NCBI GenBank assembly: GCA_964016885.1
Contig: OZ024762.1
Span: 5,084,001 to 5,148,000 of the forward strand
DNA length: 64,000 bases
From: Eledone cirrhosa
Lineage: Eukaryota
Direction: 5' to 3'
Below the pieces are notes generated by a model. It was not told the DNA's origin. It saw only the letters and a list, made by a program, of their open reading frames with translations, and ran no database searches. The translations under genes were made by a program, and so were the position numbers. This document shows, one piece after another, positions 1-12,979 of the stretch (positions are counted from its first letter, which is position 1; every line of letters begins with the position of its first letter).

Positions 1-103
1 TTCCTACACATGTCTTCTCCATTCAACCCTCTTTAAAGCAAGCACTTCCCAGTTCTGAACTTCAAACTGTAGATCCTTAACCCTTTACATTTACATTATT
101 CTG

Positions 104-290
104 GGGGTGGATTGGCAGTATCGGGAGAGGGTCGGACGCCATGCTTTCCAGCATAGTTACGTCCCTTTACGGTCTGAGTTCAAATCCCGCCGAGGTTGAC
201 TTTGCCTTTCATCCTTACGGGGTCGATAAATAAAGTACCAGTAATGAACTGGGTAATTGCTGGCCTTGTGCCTAAAGTAGAAACAATTAT
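104..290 (+). mobile_element. tRNA-derived SINE (family 1, MetaSINE-like central domain)
   Basis: A box-like TGGCAGTATCGG, B box GAGTTCAAATCC, central GACTTTGCCTTTCATCCTTACGGGGTCGATAAA..AAGTACCAG; repeated in window. Confidence 0.8.
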
Positions 291-316
291 TCTATATATA
301 CTATTGTATTTTTTAT

Positions 317-487
317 CAGTAGAAGTTCGGACGCCATGCTTTGACGCATAGAGTTACGGTCCTTACCATTCTGAGTTCAAATCCTGCCGAGGTTAAATTT
401 GCCTTTCATCCTTACGGGGTCGATAAAATAAAGTACCAGTAATGTACTGGGTATTTCTGGCCTTGTGCCAATAGTAGAAACAGTTAT
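317..487 (+). mobile_element. SINE family 1, 5'-truncated copy
   Basis: Close copy of 104-290. Confidence 0.8.
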
Positions 488-768
488 TTATTTTCAGAAC
501 AATACCTTAACATTCGTATGAGTGGCCAGTTATGGCTGGTTTGAACAGAAAGAGGTGAGAGATTTCTGGCTGGATATGGCCGGTTTAAATGCTAAAGGGT
601 TAAGATTGTTTTTTATGCAATCTTTATATCTTTTTCTTGGTTTGTGCTGAGGGCCTTTCCCAGTGGGCAATTGACTGTAAAAATGTATATACATACATAC
701 ATACACACACACACTTACATACATACATCTACACACACACACACATACATATACATACATGCATACAT

Positions 769-805
<37 letters not shown>

Positions 806-806
<1 letters not shown>

Positions 807-1105
807 GGCCTTGCAATCAAAAGGTTGTGAGTTCAATTCTCAGACCGGGTGATGTGTTGTTTCCTTGAGCAAGACACTTTATTTCACATTGCTCCAGTTT
901 ACTCAGCTGTAGAAATGAGATGATAGGGACTGGGGTCCCTATCATTCCACTGCAAAGTGGTCGTGGAGGTGCCACGGCAAAAAAGCACCCAGCACTCACT
1001 GTAAATGAGGTTGGTGTGAGGAAGGGCATCCAGCTGTAGAAATCAAGCCAACATCAGTTCCCGTCCCACCCTTGCAAGCAGGGAAAAGTGGACGTAAAAT
1101 GAAAT
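806..1105 (+). mobile_element. tRNA-derived SINE (family 2) with RTE-like 3' end
   Basis: B box GAGTTCAATTC, CCTTGAGCAAGACAC, CTCAGCTGTAGAAATGAG, GGAAGGGCATCCAGCTGTAGAAA, ends GGACGTAAAATGA; near-identical to the reverse complement of 48541-48876. Confidence 0.8.
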
Positions 1106-1589
1106 GATATATATATATACAAACACATAGATACATACTTATATACTTACATACATACATATATACATATGTACATACATACATACATTTATACATACAT
1201 ATATATACACATACATGCATGTACACACACACACACATACATACTCACACACATATATACATTTTCACACTCATACATATGTACACATACACGTACACAT
1301 TTACTTGTGGCAGATATGGAGATTTCGTGGGTGGATGTTTTCTGTATGAAGAGATTAATGTGGATTAGACACACACACACACATATATATATATATACAC
1401 ATATCCACACACACACACACACACACACTTATCCACACACACACATACATATATATATAAATACACAATTATACACACATACATATATACACACATACAT
1501 ATACATACACATACATATATAAACACATACATATACAGACACATATATATATAGACACATATATACACACAAATCCAGTCCGAAACAAA

Positions 1590-1992
1590 TGAGGTCGTGT
1601 AGGTGTCACAACAAAAACACACACAGTCCACGCTGTAATGTGGCTTTGTAGGTAACACGGTAAAAACCTCCCAGTCCACACTGTAAACGTGGTTGGTGTT
1701 AGGAAGGGCATCCAGCCGTAGAAAACACGCCAGACAGTCCTATGCGAGCAAGACAACCACTCTTGCCTCAAGTGGGAAAACTCCCGTCCAAACCCATGCC
1801 AGTGTGGAAGATGGACGTTAAACGATGATGATGATGATGATGATGCGTTAGGAAGGACATCCAGCTGTAGAAAACAAGCCAAAATCAGTTTCTTGTATAC
1901 GAATCAAGGTCCTCTGGCCTGATCTTTCACAAAGGGACTGCCCCTCCTACCCATGCCAGTGTGGAAAATGGACGTTAAACGATGATGATGAT
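1590..1992 (+). mobile_element. Two SINE family 2-related 3' halves with (GAT)n tails
   Basis: GGTGTTAGGAAGGGCATCCAGCCGTAGAAAA ... GGACGTTAAAC(GAT)n, twice. Confidence 0.7.
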
Positions 1993-2865
1993 TGTCCCTC
2001 TTCCAGCTATACAAATATCTTTCTCTTCTTCCTCCTCCTCCTCCACATACCACCTTCTACTATCAGTGTGCCATACCAATGTTGCCCCACCTCGCCCCAA
2101 ACCCTTCAATGCCTCTTCACAACACAACCTGATGTGACAGATATAAACCAGTGCGTTGACCTCTGAAGAGGACATTAACCATTACCTTTGGTGTCTCTTT
2201 GATATTTCATATCTCATCGGCTCAATTGTGCTCAGACTTTTAGATGTTAAATTAACACATTTGACTGGCCATCGCAACTTCCCTCTCTCCCTCTTACCTA
2301 CACACACACACACATACACACATGTGTGTGTGTGTGTATGTATTGATGTATATATGTGTGTGCATGTGTGGAACATCAAAAGTATCTTATTAACATGCTA
2401 TATCACACTTTTTAGATGAGATTCTGTCATGCTGTCTGTGTTTATATATATATATATATCTAGCTGTCAAAACAGCCGGAGCTCGGCTTCCTATATATAT
2501 ATATATAAGTGTTTCAAACTTTATTTTATCATGAGTTAAAGGTCTATAGATTTTTCCCTGGATTTCACTAAATTCTGTGGATGAATTTGTATCCTGATTC
2601 TCTTTTGAGATGAGTTTGAGTTATTTTTCCTAAATCTTTCGTTAACTACTTTTCCCATCTTGACGTTATAGTCACATATATGTTATAGAATGCCGTTAGC
2701 TTCTTGCTAAAACAATCTCTATACCTCTCATTTATATGTATATATATATATATATATATAACGAAGGAATTGTGGTAAGGAACCAGATGGACCATAACGC
2801 ACCATAGTACTCAATACTTAGGGTAGTAGAGTGGGTAGAAATAGCCGTCGGGGTCATACTTTTTC

Positions 2866-2982
<117 letters not shown>

Positions 2983-3214
2983 GAGAGAGATGGTGAGAAT
3001 GAGGGAGAGAGAGAGAGATGGTGAGAATGAGGGAGAGAGAGAGAGAGGAACAGAGAGGATGGGATTGAAAGAGGCAGACATGGATATAGAAAAAGAGTGC
3101 TTTCTATCGTGACATCAAATTAACCATCTAACTGTGTGGACTGGGCATTGCAACTCATTTCTACTGTTGGGTGAACTGGAGCAATGTGAAAATGAAATGT
3201 CTTGCTCAAGAATA

Positions 3215-3612
3215 CAATGCCACTTGGACACTGAACAAGAAACTCACTCAGATGGTGGATGGGTGCTACACGAGAATGCTGAGGATGGCTCTGAACATTA
3301 AGCAGTATACACTAAGAATGAAGAACTCAGAGCTGTACAGGAGCCTCCCAAAAGTCAGCTCAAAAGAGACACAGAGGAGACTGAGGTTAGCTAGACATGC
3401 TTACCAACATTCAGAATTGACCTTGCACACAGTGGACCTGTGAGTGTCCCTACACTGATACACTGGAAGAGGGAGACCGAGGTTAACATATGTTGATGCT
3501 CTAAGGACAGACACTGGTCTTTGGGAGACGCACCGACATGGCAGTGATGATGAAGGACAGAGATCACTGGAGAGAACTTGTCTATGGATCTCGGGAATTT
3601 TACCAGCCCTAG
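3215..3612 (+). mobile_element. RTE-clade LINE 3' fragment
   Basis: Translation WTLNKKLTQMVDGCYTRMLRMALNI..RRLRLARH and GRGRPRLTYVDAL; related piece on the minus strand at ~44175-44290. Confidence 0.7.
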
Positions 3613-3621
3613 ATATAGATA

Positions 3622-3895
3622 TCATCATCATCATCATCATCATCATCGTTTAACGTCTATCTTCCACGCTAGCATGGGTTTAGACGGCAGTTGTCGCACT
3701 TGAGGCAAGGTTGGTCGGGTGACCGTCTCTCGCTCGTATAGGACTATTTGGCAGGTTTTCTATGGCTGGATGCCCTTCCTAACACCAACCACATTTACAG
3801 TGTGGAACTGGGAGGTTTTTACCGTGTTACCTACACGGCCACATCACAGCGTGGACTGTGTGTTTTTTTGTCGTGACACCTACACAACCTCATTT
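3622..3895 (-). mobile_element. SINE family 2-related 3' half
   Basis: (CAT)n-CGTTTAACGTC...GGATGCCCTTCCTAACACC. Confidence 0.75.
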
Positions 3896-4081
3896 ATTTT
3901 GATATATATATACAGGTACTTAAGTTTCATTGGGTTGTTACCCCAACTCATTTAGTTTGTTATATTGTGTTGGGGTTATAACCCAACAAAACTTAAGTAC
4001 CTGTATATGTCACTGTTGTAACTGATTATACATAACTCATTCTACCTTGATTAACTCTTGATTAAATGTCATGTATCATTT

Positions 4082-4148
4082 TATTTTATCTGATGAGGAC
4101 GTACTGTTGAACTTAATTCAGTACCTCTGAAATATGTATAATAAAATA
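4082..4148 (+). ncRNA. Minimal type I hammerhead ribozyme motif
   Basis: Stem I TATTTTAT/ATAAAATA, CTGATGA 4090-4096, stem II GTACTG/CAGTAC, GAAA 4129-4132, short stem III TATGTA, predicted AUA cleavage at 4140. Confidence 0.7.
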
Positions 4149-4288
4149 TAATTGATCACAAGAATATCTATGTTGTTAATATTTGGAATTAATATTAATA
4201 ACTCTGGAAAATATTTTTAACTGTAGAGTGCTTCCAATCTATTGTAAAACTCATTCTTTGATGTATTCATTGAATCTTGTTTAACACT

Positions 4289-4362
<74 letters not shown>

Positions 4363-4462
4363 GTAATATTGATTATGATGTTTATTAGGTTGCTGGCAAC
4401 ATTGTTCGTGCTGATGGTACAAATAATTTTATATGTGTCAGTGTTAATAAAGTCATTAAAGA

Positions 4463-4732
4463 TGATGGTGGTGTTGGTGGTTGTAGTTGTTGTTGTTGCT
4501 GTGGTGGTGGTGGTGGTGGTTGTAGTTGTTGTTGTTGCTGTGGTGGTGGTGGTGGTGGTGGTGGTGGTGGTGGTGTTGGTGGTTGTAGTTGTTGTTGTTG
4601 CTGTGGTGGTGGTGGTGGTGGTTGTAGTAGTTGTTGTTGCTGTGGTGGTGGTGGCTGTAGTTGTGGTGGTAGTAGTAGTAGTAGTATTAGTAGTAGTAGT
4701 AGTATTAGTAGTAGTAGTAGTAGTAGAGTAGT
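4463..4732. repeat. (GTG/GTT/GTA)n compound microsatellite
   Basis: Direct inspection. Confidence 0.95.
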
Positions 4733-4835
4733 TTATCAAGAAGTCGGCTGTGATTCGGTCAGCCTCTCATCTATTAAAGATCTTCCAACCATCCTTCACT
4801 TTCATGTTTGTTACTTTCCAACATTGTGTTACCTC

Positions 4836-5385
4836 CTCCGAAGGGTCTTTGGAGTAACGTTACTCGTTAGAGTGTAGCTTGGAGATGAGAGAGTCACTCC
4901 AGGTAGAGCCACTACTTCTCCGAATTGAGAGATCACAGCTCCGGTACTATGGACATGTGGTTAGAATAGGGTTCCTCCGAAGGGTCTTTGGAGTAACGTT
5001 ACTCGATAGAGTGTAGCTTGGAGATGAGAGAGTCACTCCAGGTAGAGCCACTACTTCTCCGAATTGAGAGATCACAGCTCCGGTACTATGGACATGTGGT
5101 TAGAATAGGGTTCCTCCGAAGGGTCTTTGGAGTAACGTTACTCGATAGAGTGTAGCTTGGAGATGAGAGAGTCACTCCAGGTAGAGCCACTATTCTCCGA
5201 ATTGAGAGATCACAGCTCTAATATTACAACCATGTAGTTTGAATGTCTCAGGAAAGAATTGCTGGGCAGATTTTATGGGCAAAACCAACTGGCAGGGGAC
5301 CCAGGGGTAAACCCGGAGCAAGATGGTTGGATAACATCCAGGACCTTGGCTGGTTTAATTTGGGGATCCAGCCAGATCAATTATA
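4836..5385 (+). repeat. 139-bp tandem repeat (~3 copies) of an RTE LINE fragment, followed by its 3' continuation
   Basis: Units start at 4836, 4975 and 5114; unit encodes VEPLLLRIERSQLRYYGHVVR; homologous to 61270-61600 (-). Confidence 0.85.
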
Positions 5386-5494
5386 GATGGCTCTTTTTTA
5401 TTTTTTTACAATTTAATACCGATTCTGCATCCTATTATGCATTGAGTACTACTTTGATTAGTGGTTTTCCTGGGTTTACTACCTGGTAAATCTA

Positions 5495-5782
5495 CTTTTT
5501 CACATTGCTCCAGTTCACTCAGCTGTAGAAATGAGATGATAGGACTGGGGTCCATATCATTCCACTGCAAAGTGGTCGTGGAGGTGCCACGGCAAAAAAA
5601 CACCCATCCCACACTGTAAAGTGGACGTGTAGGCGCCATGGGAAAAAAGCACCCAGCACTCACTGTAAATGAGGTTGGTGTTAGGAAGGGCATCCAGCTG
5701 TAGAAATCAAGCCAGAATCAGTTCCCGTCCCACCCTTGCAAGCAGGGAAAAGCGGACGTAAAATGATGATGATGATGATGAT
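5495..5782 (+). mobile_element. SINE family 2 copy
   Basis: Same body and tail as 806-1105. Confidence 0.8.
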
Positions 5783-5945
5783 ATATAAAATAAATGGTCT
5801 ATTTTACCAGGAGAAACTCTTGTTTATTATGCCAGAGAGGTTCTTGTGTTTTTCCTCTTGGTGACTATCAAATATGGATTAGAGACTGTTTGGTTGATAA
5901 TCCTTTAAGAAGATTTTTTAGCTCATGTGTCTGTGTCTGTGTATG

Positions 5946-5986
<41 letters not shown>

Positions 5987-6017
5987 TATGTAAGAGAGAG
6001 ATAGATGCATATATATA

Positions 6018-7025
6018 TTAGGTTAGAAAGAAAGTAATGTCGGTTTTTAAATAAGCTAATTCATCAAAGAAATAACATTTATTTAATATGTTATTCTGAA
6101 CAATAGTTTCCCTCATTTTCAATAACATTACTCCATCGTTGCACCAGGTTTTTGATGGCTCTTTCAAAAAAACTTTTTGGTTTTGATGCAAAAAACATTT
6201 CTAAGTCATTTTTTAGTTGGTCATCATTTTCATATTTTATTGCTTAAATGATGCTGCAAAGACCTAAACACGATAATCTGATGGAACCAAGTGAGGAGAA
6301 TAAGGTGGATGGGGTAAACCTTCCCAATTGAAACTCATATTCTTTTGTTGAGTGATTCTTGCTGTGTGAGGCCTAGTGTTGTCTTGCTGAAGCACAACAC
6401 CCTTCCTACTGAGCAATGCTGGCCTTTTTCTGGATAAAGCAATCCTGAGATTTTCAAGCTGTGAGCAATATTTTTCAGCTGTGGTTGTTTGGTTTAGGTT
6501 TAAAAGTTCATAAGGAATCGCTCCTTTCATGTCCCACCATAAACAGAGCCTCACCTTTGGGGATATGATCCTCGTTTTGGAACTGGCATTGGGCTTTGAC
6601 TTTTACTCAACCACTGTCTTTTGCACTGGACATTGGAGTACAGGACCCATTTTTCATCTACAGTCACAATTCTTTCCAAAAACATTCTCTGCCATTCCTT
6701 GAAAGCAAAGAAGAGCAAAAGGTCGACCTTTGATTTCGTTGGACATCATTCAGATCATGGGGAATCCATTGGCCCAGTTTTGATAACTTTCCCAGTTCAC
6801 GAAGAGATGAAATTATGGTTGTATGTGTTGTATTGAGACGTTCAGCAAGTTCTCTACTCGTAGACTTCGGATTAGCCTCTACTGCAGCTCAAAGGGCTGT
6901 CTTATCCACTGACTTTGGTCTTCCAGAATGAAGGGAATCTTTAAGATCAAAATTACCCGAAGAAAGTTTTGCAAATCACCGTTGACATTTTCTATAATTT
7001 AGAACATTGTTTCCATACACAGAAC
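6018..7025 (-). mobile_element. Degenerate mariner transposon with one TIR
   Basis: LCLWWDMKG..QQDNTRPH..HPPYSPHLVPSDY mariner catalytic motifs (6264-6554); TA|TTAGGTTAGAAAGAAAGTAATGTCGGTTTTT at 6018 resembles a mariner TIR; stops and frameshifts. Confidence 0.9.
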
Positions 7026-7301
7026 AAATGATGTTGATTATTATGATGATGGTGGTGGCGGTGGTGATGATGGTGGTGATAATGATGTTGACAATGGTGG
7101 TTCCTCAGACATGTCAAGCAAATCCTCTTTGTCTCGGTTTCCAACGTTACGAGTCTATATCATCCGCCTTCATCCTGTTTGCAAGTCCTTTTTTCTTTAT
7201 ACTTTCACTCGTGTAGGACATCTTGTTTTGTTTTTTATTTAAAAAATACCTCATTTTCTTATACATGTATATATATTTATATATATATATATATATACAT
7301 G

Positions 7302-7356
<55 letters not shown>

Positions 7357-7487
7357 ATATATATATTTATATATATATATATATACATGTATATATATTT
7401 ATATATATATATATATCCGTCTAATATATATCCGTCTAACCCATGCTAGCATGGAAGAACGGATGTAAAATGGTGATGATGATGATG

Positions 7488-7518
<31 letters not shown>

Positions 7519-7599
7519 AAAGTTTTATTTAAAATTGTTGGGTTACAACGAGTAAATATTTTATAACTGATATAAAGCACTCAACAAGTTTTGGAGTAG

Positions 7600-7959
7600 A
7601 TATACGATATTAAACAAATGGAAACTATATTTATAAAACCATATTTATTTCATTATACATATTTCAGGGATACCATATTAAAAATATGGCATGCCTTCTT
7701 CAGATAAAATACAATATATAAGCAGTTTTATAAATAAATTTGACGTACCATAAATTTTGATCAACTTCCATTTAAAAACTTTTTTAAATGGAAGTTGATC
7801 AAAATTTATGGTACGTCAAATTTATTTATAAAACTGCTTATATATTGTATTTTATCTGAAGAAGGCATGCCATATTTTTAATATGGTATCCCTGAAATAT
7901 GTATAATGAAATAAATATGGTTTTATAAATATAGTTTCCATTTGTTTAATATCGTATAT
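7600..7959. repeat. Palindrome with 179-bp arms and a 2-nt spacer
   Basis: 7600-7778 is the reverse complement of 7781-7959; no mismatch seen by eye. Confidence 0.92.
7848..7913 (+). ncRNA. Minimal type I hammerhead ribozyme motif (mirror copy on the minus strand at 7646-7711)
   Basis: Stem I TATTTTAT/ATGAAATA, CTGAAGA 7856-7862, stem II AGGcATGCCATATT/AATATGGTATcCCT, GAAA 7894-7897, TATGT-ATA. Confidence 0.72.
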
Positions 7960-8094
7960 ATATATGTATATATTATACACACACACACACACATACATAT
8001 ATATACATATATAGACCACCTTCTCTTTTTATGTCCATTTGTCCTATTATTAACCAGTTTACACTGTAACTGCCACCACTACAACTACAGTTGT

Positions 8095-9990
8095 ACTGGT
8101 GGTAGGTGTAGTGGTGGTGGTGGTAGGTGTAGTGATGGTGGTGGTGGTGGTAGGTGTAGTGATGGTGGTGGTGGTGGTAGGTGTAGTGGTGGTGGTGGTG
8201 GTGGTAGGTGTAGTGGTGGTGGTGGTGGTAGGTGTAGTGGTGGTGGTGGTGGTAGTGGTGGTAGGTGTAGTGGTGGTGGTGGTAGGTGTAGTGGTGGTGG
8301 TGGTGGTTTTGGTGATGGTGGTGGTAGGTGTAGTGGTGGTGGTGGTAGGTGTAGTGGTGGTGGTGGTGGTTTTGGTGATGGTGGTGGTGGTGGATTATGG
8401 TGATGGTAGTGGTGGTGGCGGTGATGGTGGTGGTGGTGGTGCTGTTGTTTTAATTGGCAGTACTAGCACAGATAGAATCTTGCTGCTACTGTTGCTGTTG
8501 CTACTGCTGTTGCTGCTGCTACTGTTGTTGTTGCTGCTACTGCTGTTGCTGCTGCTACTGCTGTTGTTGCTGCTACTGCTGTTGCTGCTACTGCTGTTGC
8601 TGCTGCTACTGCTGTTGCTGCTGCTACTGCTGTTGTTGTTGCTACTGTTGTTGTTGCTACTGCTGTTGTTGCTGCTACTGCTGTTGCTGCTACTGCTGTT
8701 GCTGCTACTGCTGTTGCTACTGCTGTTGCTGCTGCTACTGCTGTTGTTGTTGCTACTGTTGTTGTTGCTACTACTGTTGTTGCTGCTACTGCTGTTGTTG
8801 CTGCTACTGTTGTTGCTACTGTTGCTGCTGCTACTGCTGTTGTTGCTGCTACTGCTGTTGCTGCTACTGTTGTTGCTACTGTTGCTGCTGCTACTGCTGT
8901 TGTTGCTGCTACTGCTGTTGCTGCTACTGTTGTTGCTGCTACTGTTGCTGCTGCTACTGCTGTTGCTGCTACTGTTGCTGCTGCTACTGTTGCTGCTGCT
9001 ACTGTTGTTGTTGCTACTGTTGCTGCTACTGTTGTTGCTGTACTGTTGTTGCTGCTACTGCTGTTGCTGCTACTGCTGTTGCTGCTACTGTTGTTGCTGC
9101 TACTATTGCTGCTGATACTGTTGTTGCTGCTACTACTGCTGCTGCTACTGTTGTTGCTGCTGCTACTATTGCTGCTACTATTGCTGCTGCTACTGTTGTT
9201 GCTGCTACTATTGCTGCTGCTACTGTTGTTGCTGCTACTGTTGTTGCTGCTACTGTTGTTGCTGCTGCTACTATTGCTGCTACTATTGCTGCTGCTACTG
9301 CTGTTGCTGCTGGTGTTGTTGTGTTTGTGGGTGTTGTATTTGGTGATGTTGTAGTGGTTGTTGTTACTGCTGCCGGTGGTGGTGGTGGTGCTGCTGCCGT
9401 TGGTGGTGGTGGTGATGATGATGAAGGTGATGAAAGCTAATTTGTCCTTCAGCTTAATATATAAAGAAATGTAGAGGTGTTTGGTGGTGGTGGTGGTGGG
9501 GTGTGGGGTTGATGGTGTCAGTGGTGGTGGTGGTGGTGCGGTGTGGGGTCGGTGGTGACAGTGGTGGTGGTGGTGGTGGTGGTGGGGTGTGGGGTTGATG
9601 GTGACAGTGGTGGTGGTGGTGGTGGTGGGGTGTGGGGTTGATGGTGACAGTGGTGGTGGTGGTGGTGCGGTGTGGGGTTGATGGTGACAGTGGTGGTGGT
9701 GGTGGTGCGGTGTGGGGTTGATGGTGACAGTGGTGGTGGTGGTGCGGTGTGGGGTTGATGGTGACAGTGGTGGTGGTGGTGGTGGTGGTGGATGGTTAAT
9801 GACATCAGTGGTGGTAATAGCAGTAGTAGTGGTGGTGGTGGAAGGTTAATGACATTGGTTATGTTGGTGGTGGTGGCGATGGTAGCTATGGTTGTGGTGG
9901 TGGTGGTGGAAGGTTAATGACATTGGTTATGTTGGTGGTGGTGGCGATGGTAGCTATGGTAGTGGTGGTGGTGGTGGTGGTTGTGGGGGT
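8095..9990. repeat. Large compound trinucleotide block: (GGT)n, (CTG/TTG/CTA)n and GGT-rich minisatellite
   Basis: Direct inspection; source of the poly-V/L/C ORFs. Confidence 0.95.
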
Positions 9991-10277
9991 GTTTTATTGA
10001 GGTGAAGATGCTAGGTTGTTAGACTGGAATGAGAGTCTGTTGTTATGAAAACCCTTCTCCCCCTCTCTCCACCACCACACCCGCAGCCTCCATCAATCAA
10101 CTCAAAGATAGATTTCTTTATTTGCCACAAGGGTACACCAGAAATGGTATTTAAAGAAGGGGCTGAGTTGTTGTCCGGAGAGGAAGGTGTTTACCCTCAG
10201 TCCTTTCAATCTAGTCCACCATATAACTCAATATAATATCTCTAATACCTACTGCTGTTATTTTCTGTGTTGTATAT

Positions 10278-10279
<2 letters not shown>

Positions 10280-10313
<34 letters not shown>

Positions 10314-10850
10314 GTTTAACGTCCATCTTCCACGTTTGCATGGGTTTGGACGAGATTTTTACCCACTTGAGGCAAGAGTGGTTGTCTTGCTCGCATAGGA
10401 CTGTCTGGCGGGTTGTCTACGGCTGGATGCCCTTCCTAACACCAACCACATTTACAGTGTGGACTGGGAGGTTTTTACCATGTTACCTATATATATATAT
10501 ATATCATCATCATCATCATCATCATCGCTTAACGTCCATCTTCCACGTTTGCAAGGGTTTGGACGAGATTTTTACCCACTTGAGGCAAGAGTGGTTGTCT
10601 TGCTCGCATAGGACTGTCTGGCGGGTTTTCTACGGCTGGATGCCCTTCCTAACACCAACCACATTTACAGTGTGGACTGGGAGGTTTTTACCATGTTACC
10701 TATATATATATATATATATCATCATCATCATCATCATCACCATCACCGTTTTACGTCCGTTCTTCCCAGCTAGCATGGGTTAGACGGGTTGTCCTTTTGT
10801 GGGCAGTGTCCGGTCGGCTGACCTTGTCTTGCTCATACAGGAACTGATAT
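10280..10850 (-). mobile_element. Tandemly duplicated SINE 3' half (~213-bp period) plus a third fragment
   Basis: Two near-identical units (CAT)n...GGATGCCCTTCCTAACACC...TTACCTATATA. Confidence 0.85.
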
Positions 10851-11251
10851 ATATGTAAAAGGTAAACAGAAATAACAACACAATTGGTACAGTATATGGA
10901 AGGGATATATTAGGCTAACATTTGATATAGCAGGAAGAGGGTCTTAACGTTTCGGATGCTAGTCCTTCATCAATAGAAAGAATGAGAAATAAAATAGATT
11001 GAGGGGACACACACACACACATATATATATATATGTAAGTCTTGGGGTACTCTATATAATATCTGTGTAGTACCTAGTAATGATGTATGTATATATGTAA
11101 GCCTTGCGGTACCCTATATAACATCTGTGTAGTACCTAGTGGTGGTAATGTTCTATATGATATATGTGTATATGTAAGTATTGGGGTACTCTAACATATG
11201 TAGTACCTAGAATGCCAGAAGTTTCCACTGCTAGTTCAACCACACATTTAA

Positions 11252-11744
11252 CCCTTTAACATTACTCTATATATACTATTATATTTTCACAGTAAAGGCT
11301 TTTCCTCACATAATTATCTCACATAACATTTACATTACTCTATATATACTATTACATTTTCATGGTAAAGGCTTTACCTCACATAATATCTCACATAACA
11401 TTTACATTACTCTATATATACTATTATATTTTCATGGTAAAGGCTTTACCTCACATAATATCTCACATAACATTTACATTACTCTATATATACTATTATA
11501 TTTTCATGGTAAAGGCTTTACCTCACATAATTATCTCACATAACATTTACATTACTCTATATATACTATTGTATTTTCATGGTAAAGGCTTTACCTCGCA
11601 TAATTATCTCACATAATATTGAATCTATGAGATTTTGATATTATTTATTTTGAGAACAATACCTAACATCAGTTTGAGTGACCAGTTTCAGCCAGTTTCA
11701 ACAGAAAAAGGTAGAGAATTCTGGCCAGTTTGAACATTAAAGAG
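11252..11744. mobile_element. piggyBac-type MITE family A with an internal ~72-bp tandem expansion
   Basis: TTAA at 11248-11251 and 11745-11748; about 5 internal units. Confidence 0.8.
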
Positions 11745-11984
11745 TTAAGGGAGAGTGGCCAATATTTTGATAGTTTTCCCTCATCAGCTTGTCAGGCAGG
11801 GAAGCCTGGGTTAGTCACCCATGCACCAGGGTGGTGCTGGAGAAGTGTAACCAAATGTTTGAAGATAGGCAGATAGGGGTAATTAGAAGTGTGAGGTTGA
11901 TAGTACACTGAATTAATGGCCCAAGACCCCACATCTGTTCTTGAGGGCTTTAACCAGTGGATTACCAGAGGTCATTTTATGGCA

Positions 11985-12405
11985 GGGAACCACCAGAAAT
12001 CATTGTTAGGCAGGGAACCACCAGAGGTCATTTTAAGGCAGTGAACCACCAGAGGTCATTTTAAGGCAAGGAACCACCAGAGGTCACTGTAAGGCAATGA
12101 ACCACCAGAGGTCATTTTAAGGCAGTGAACCACCAGAGGTCACTGTAAGGCAATGAACCACCAGAGGTCACTGTAAGGCAGTGAACCACCAGAGGTCATT
12201 TTAAGGCAGTGAGCCACCAGAGGTCACTGTAAGGCAGTGAACCACCAGAGGTCACTGTAAGGCAGTGAACCACCAGAGGTCACTGTAAGGCAGTGAACCA
12301 CCAGAGGTCACTGTAAGGCAGTGAACCACCAGAGGTCACTGTAAGGCAGTGAACCACCAGAGGTCACTGTAAGGCAGTGAACCACCAGAGGTCATTTTAA
12401 GACAG
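11985..12405. repeat. 28-bp minisatellite (~15 copies)
   Basis: Unit GAACCACCAGAGGTCACTGTAAGGCAGT. Confidence 0.95.
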
Positions 12406-12979
12406 GGAATTACTTGACTGATTCTAAGCCTTAAACAGGTGTATGTGTGTGTAGATATGTAGGTGTGTGTGGTTATGTGTATGTATATATGTGGCTGTGT
12501 GTGGTTATGTGTGGGTGAGTATGTGGGTGCTTGAATGTGTAAAGTGGGCGCTAAATATGTGTGTGTGTGAATATTTGAGTGTGTGAGTGTTTGTATATAT
12601 GTCTAAATATGTGTAAGTGTATATATCTAAGTGTGTGTCAGTGTGTGTGGGGGTGGGGGTGGGGTGATGTGGGGGGTGTTGATTAACAAAAGAAGCAGCA
12701 ATTGTTTGGCAATCTAGGCAGGTGTTTTCTTTCTTTCCTTCTTTCTTTCATCTCTTTCTTTCTTTTTCTTACTTTCTTCTCCTTTCTTCCTTTCTTTCTT
12801 CCTTCCTTTTTGTTTTTCTTTCTTTCCCTCTTCCTTTTTTTCTGTGTCCCCCTCCCCCTCCAGTCCACCCTCCTCTTCCTTTCTTTCTTTCCTTCTCACT
12901 CTATTGTTTCTTCATGGTTCGCTGCCTCGACTAATGATGGACGTCTGTGAAGTGGGAAGGATATGTGCTCCCCCACCCA

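Larger units (their letters stand above)
81..599. mobile_element. piggyBac-type MITE (family A) interrupted by two SINE copies
   Basis: TTAA|CCCTTT at 77-86 and AAAGGG|TTAA at 594-603; internal sequence matches the other family A copies in the window. Confidence 0.75.

Noticed and set aside
8099-9440. Long poly-Leu/poly-Cys/poly-Val ORFs, and similar YI/CV/HT-repeat ORFs throughout
   Set aside because: Translations of microsatellites that are open in several frames; no coding signal
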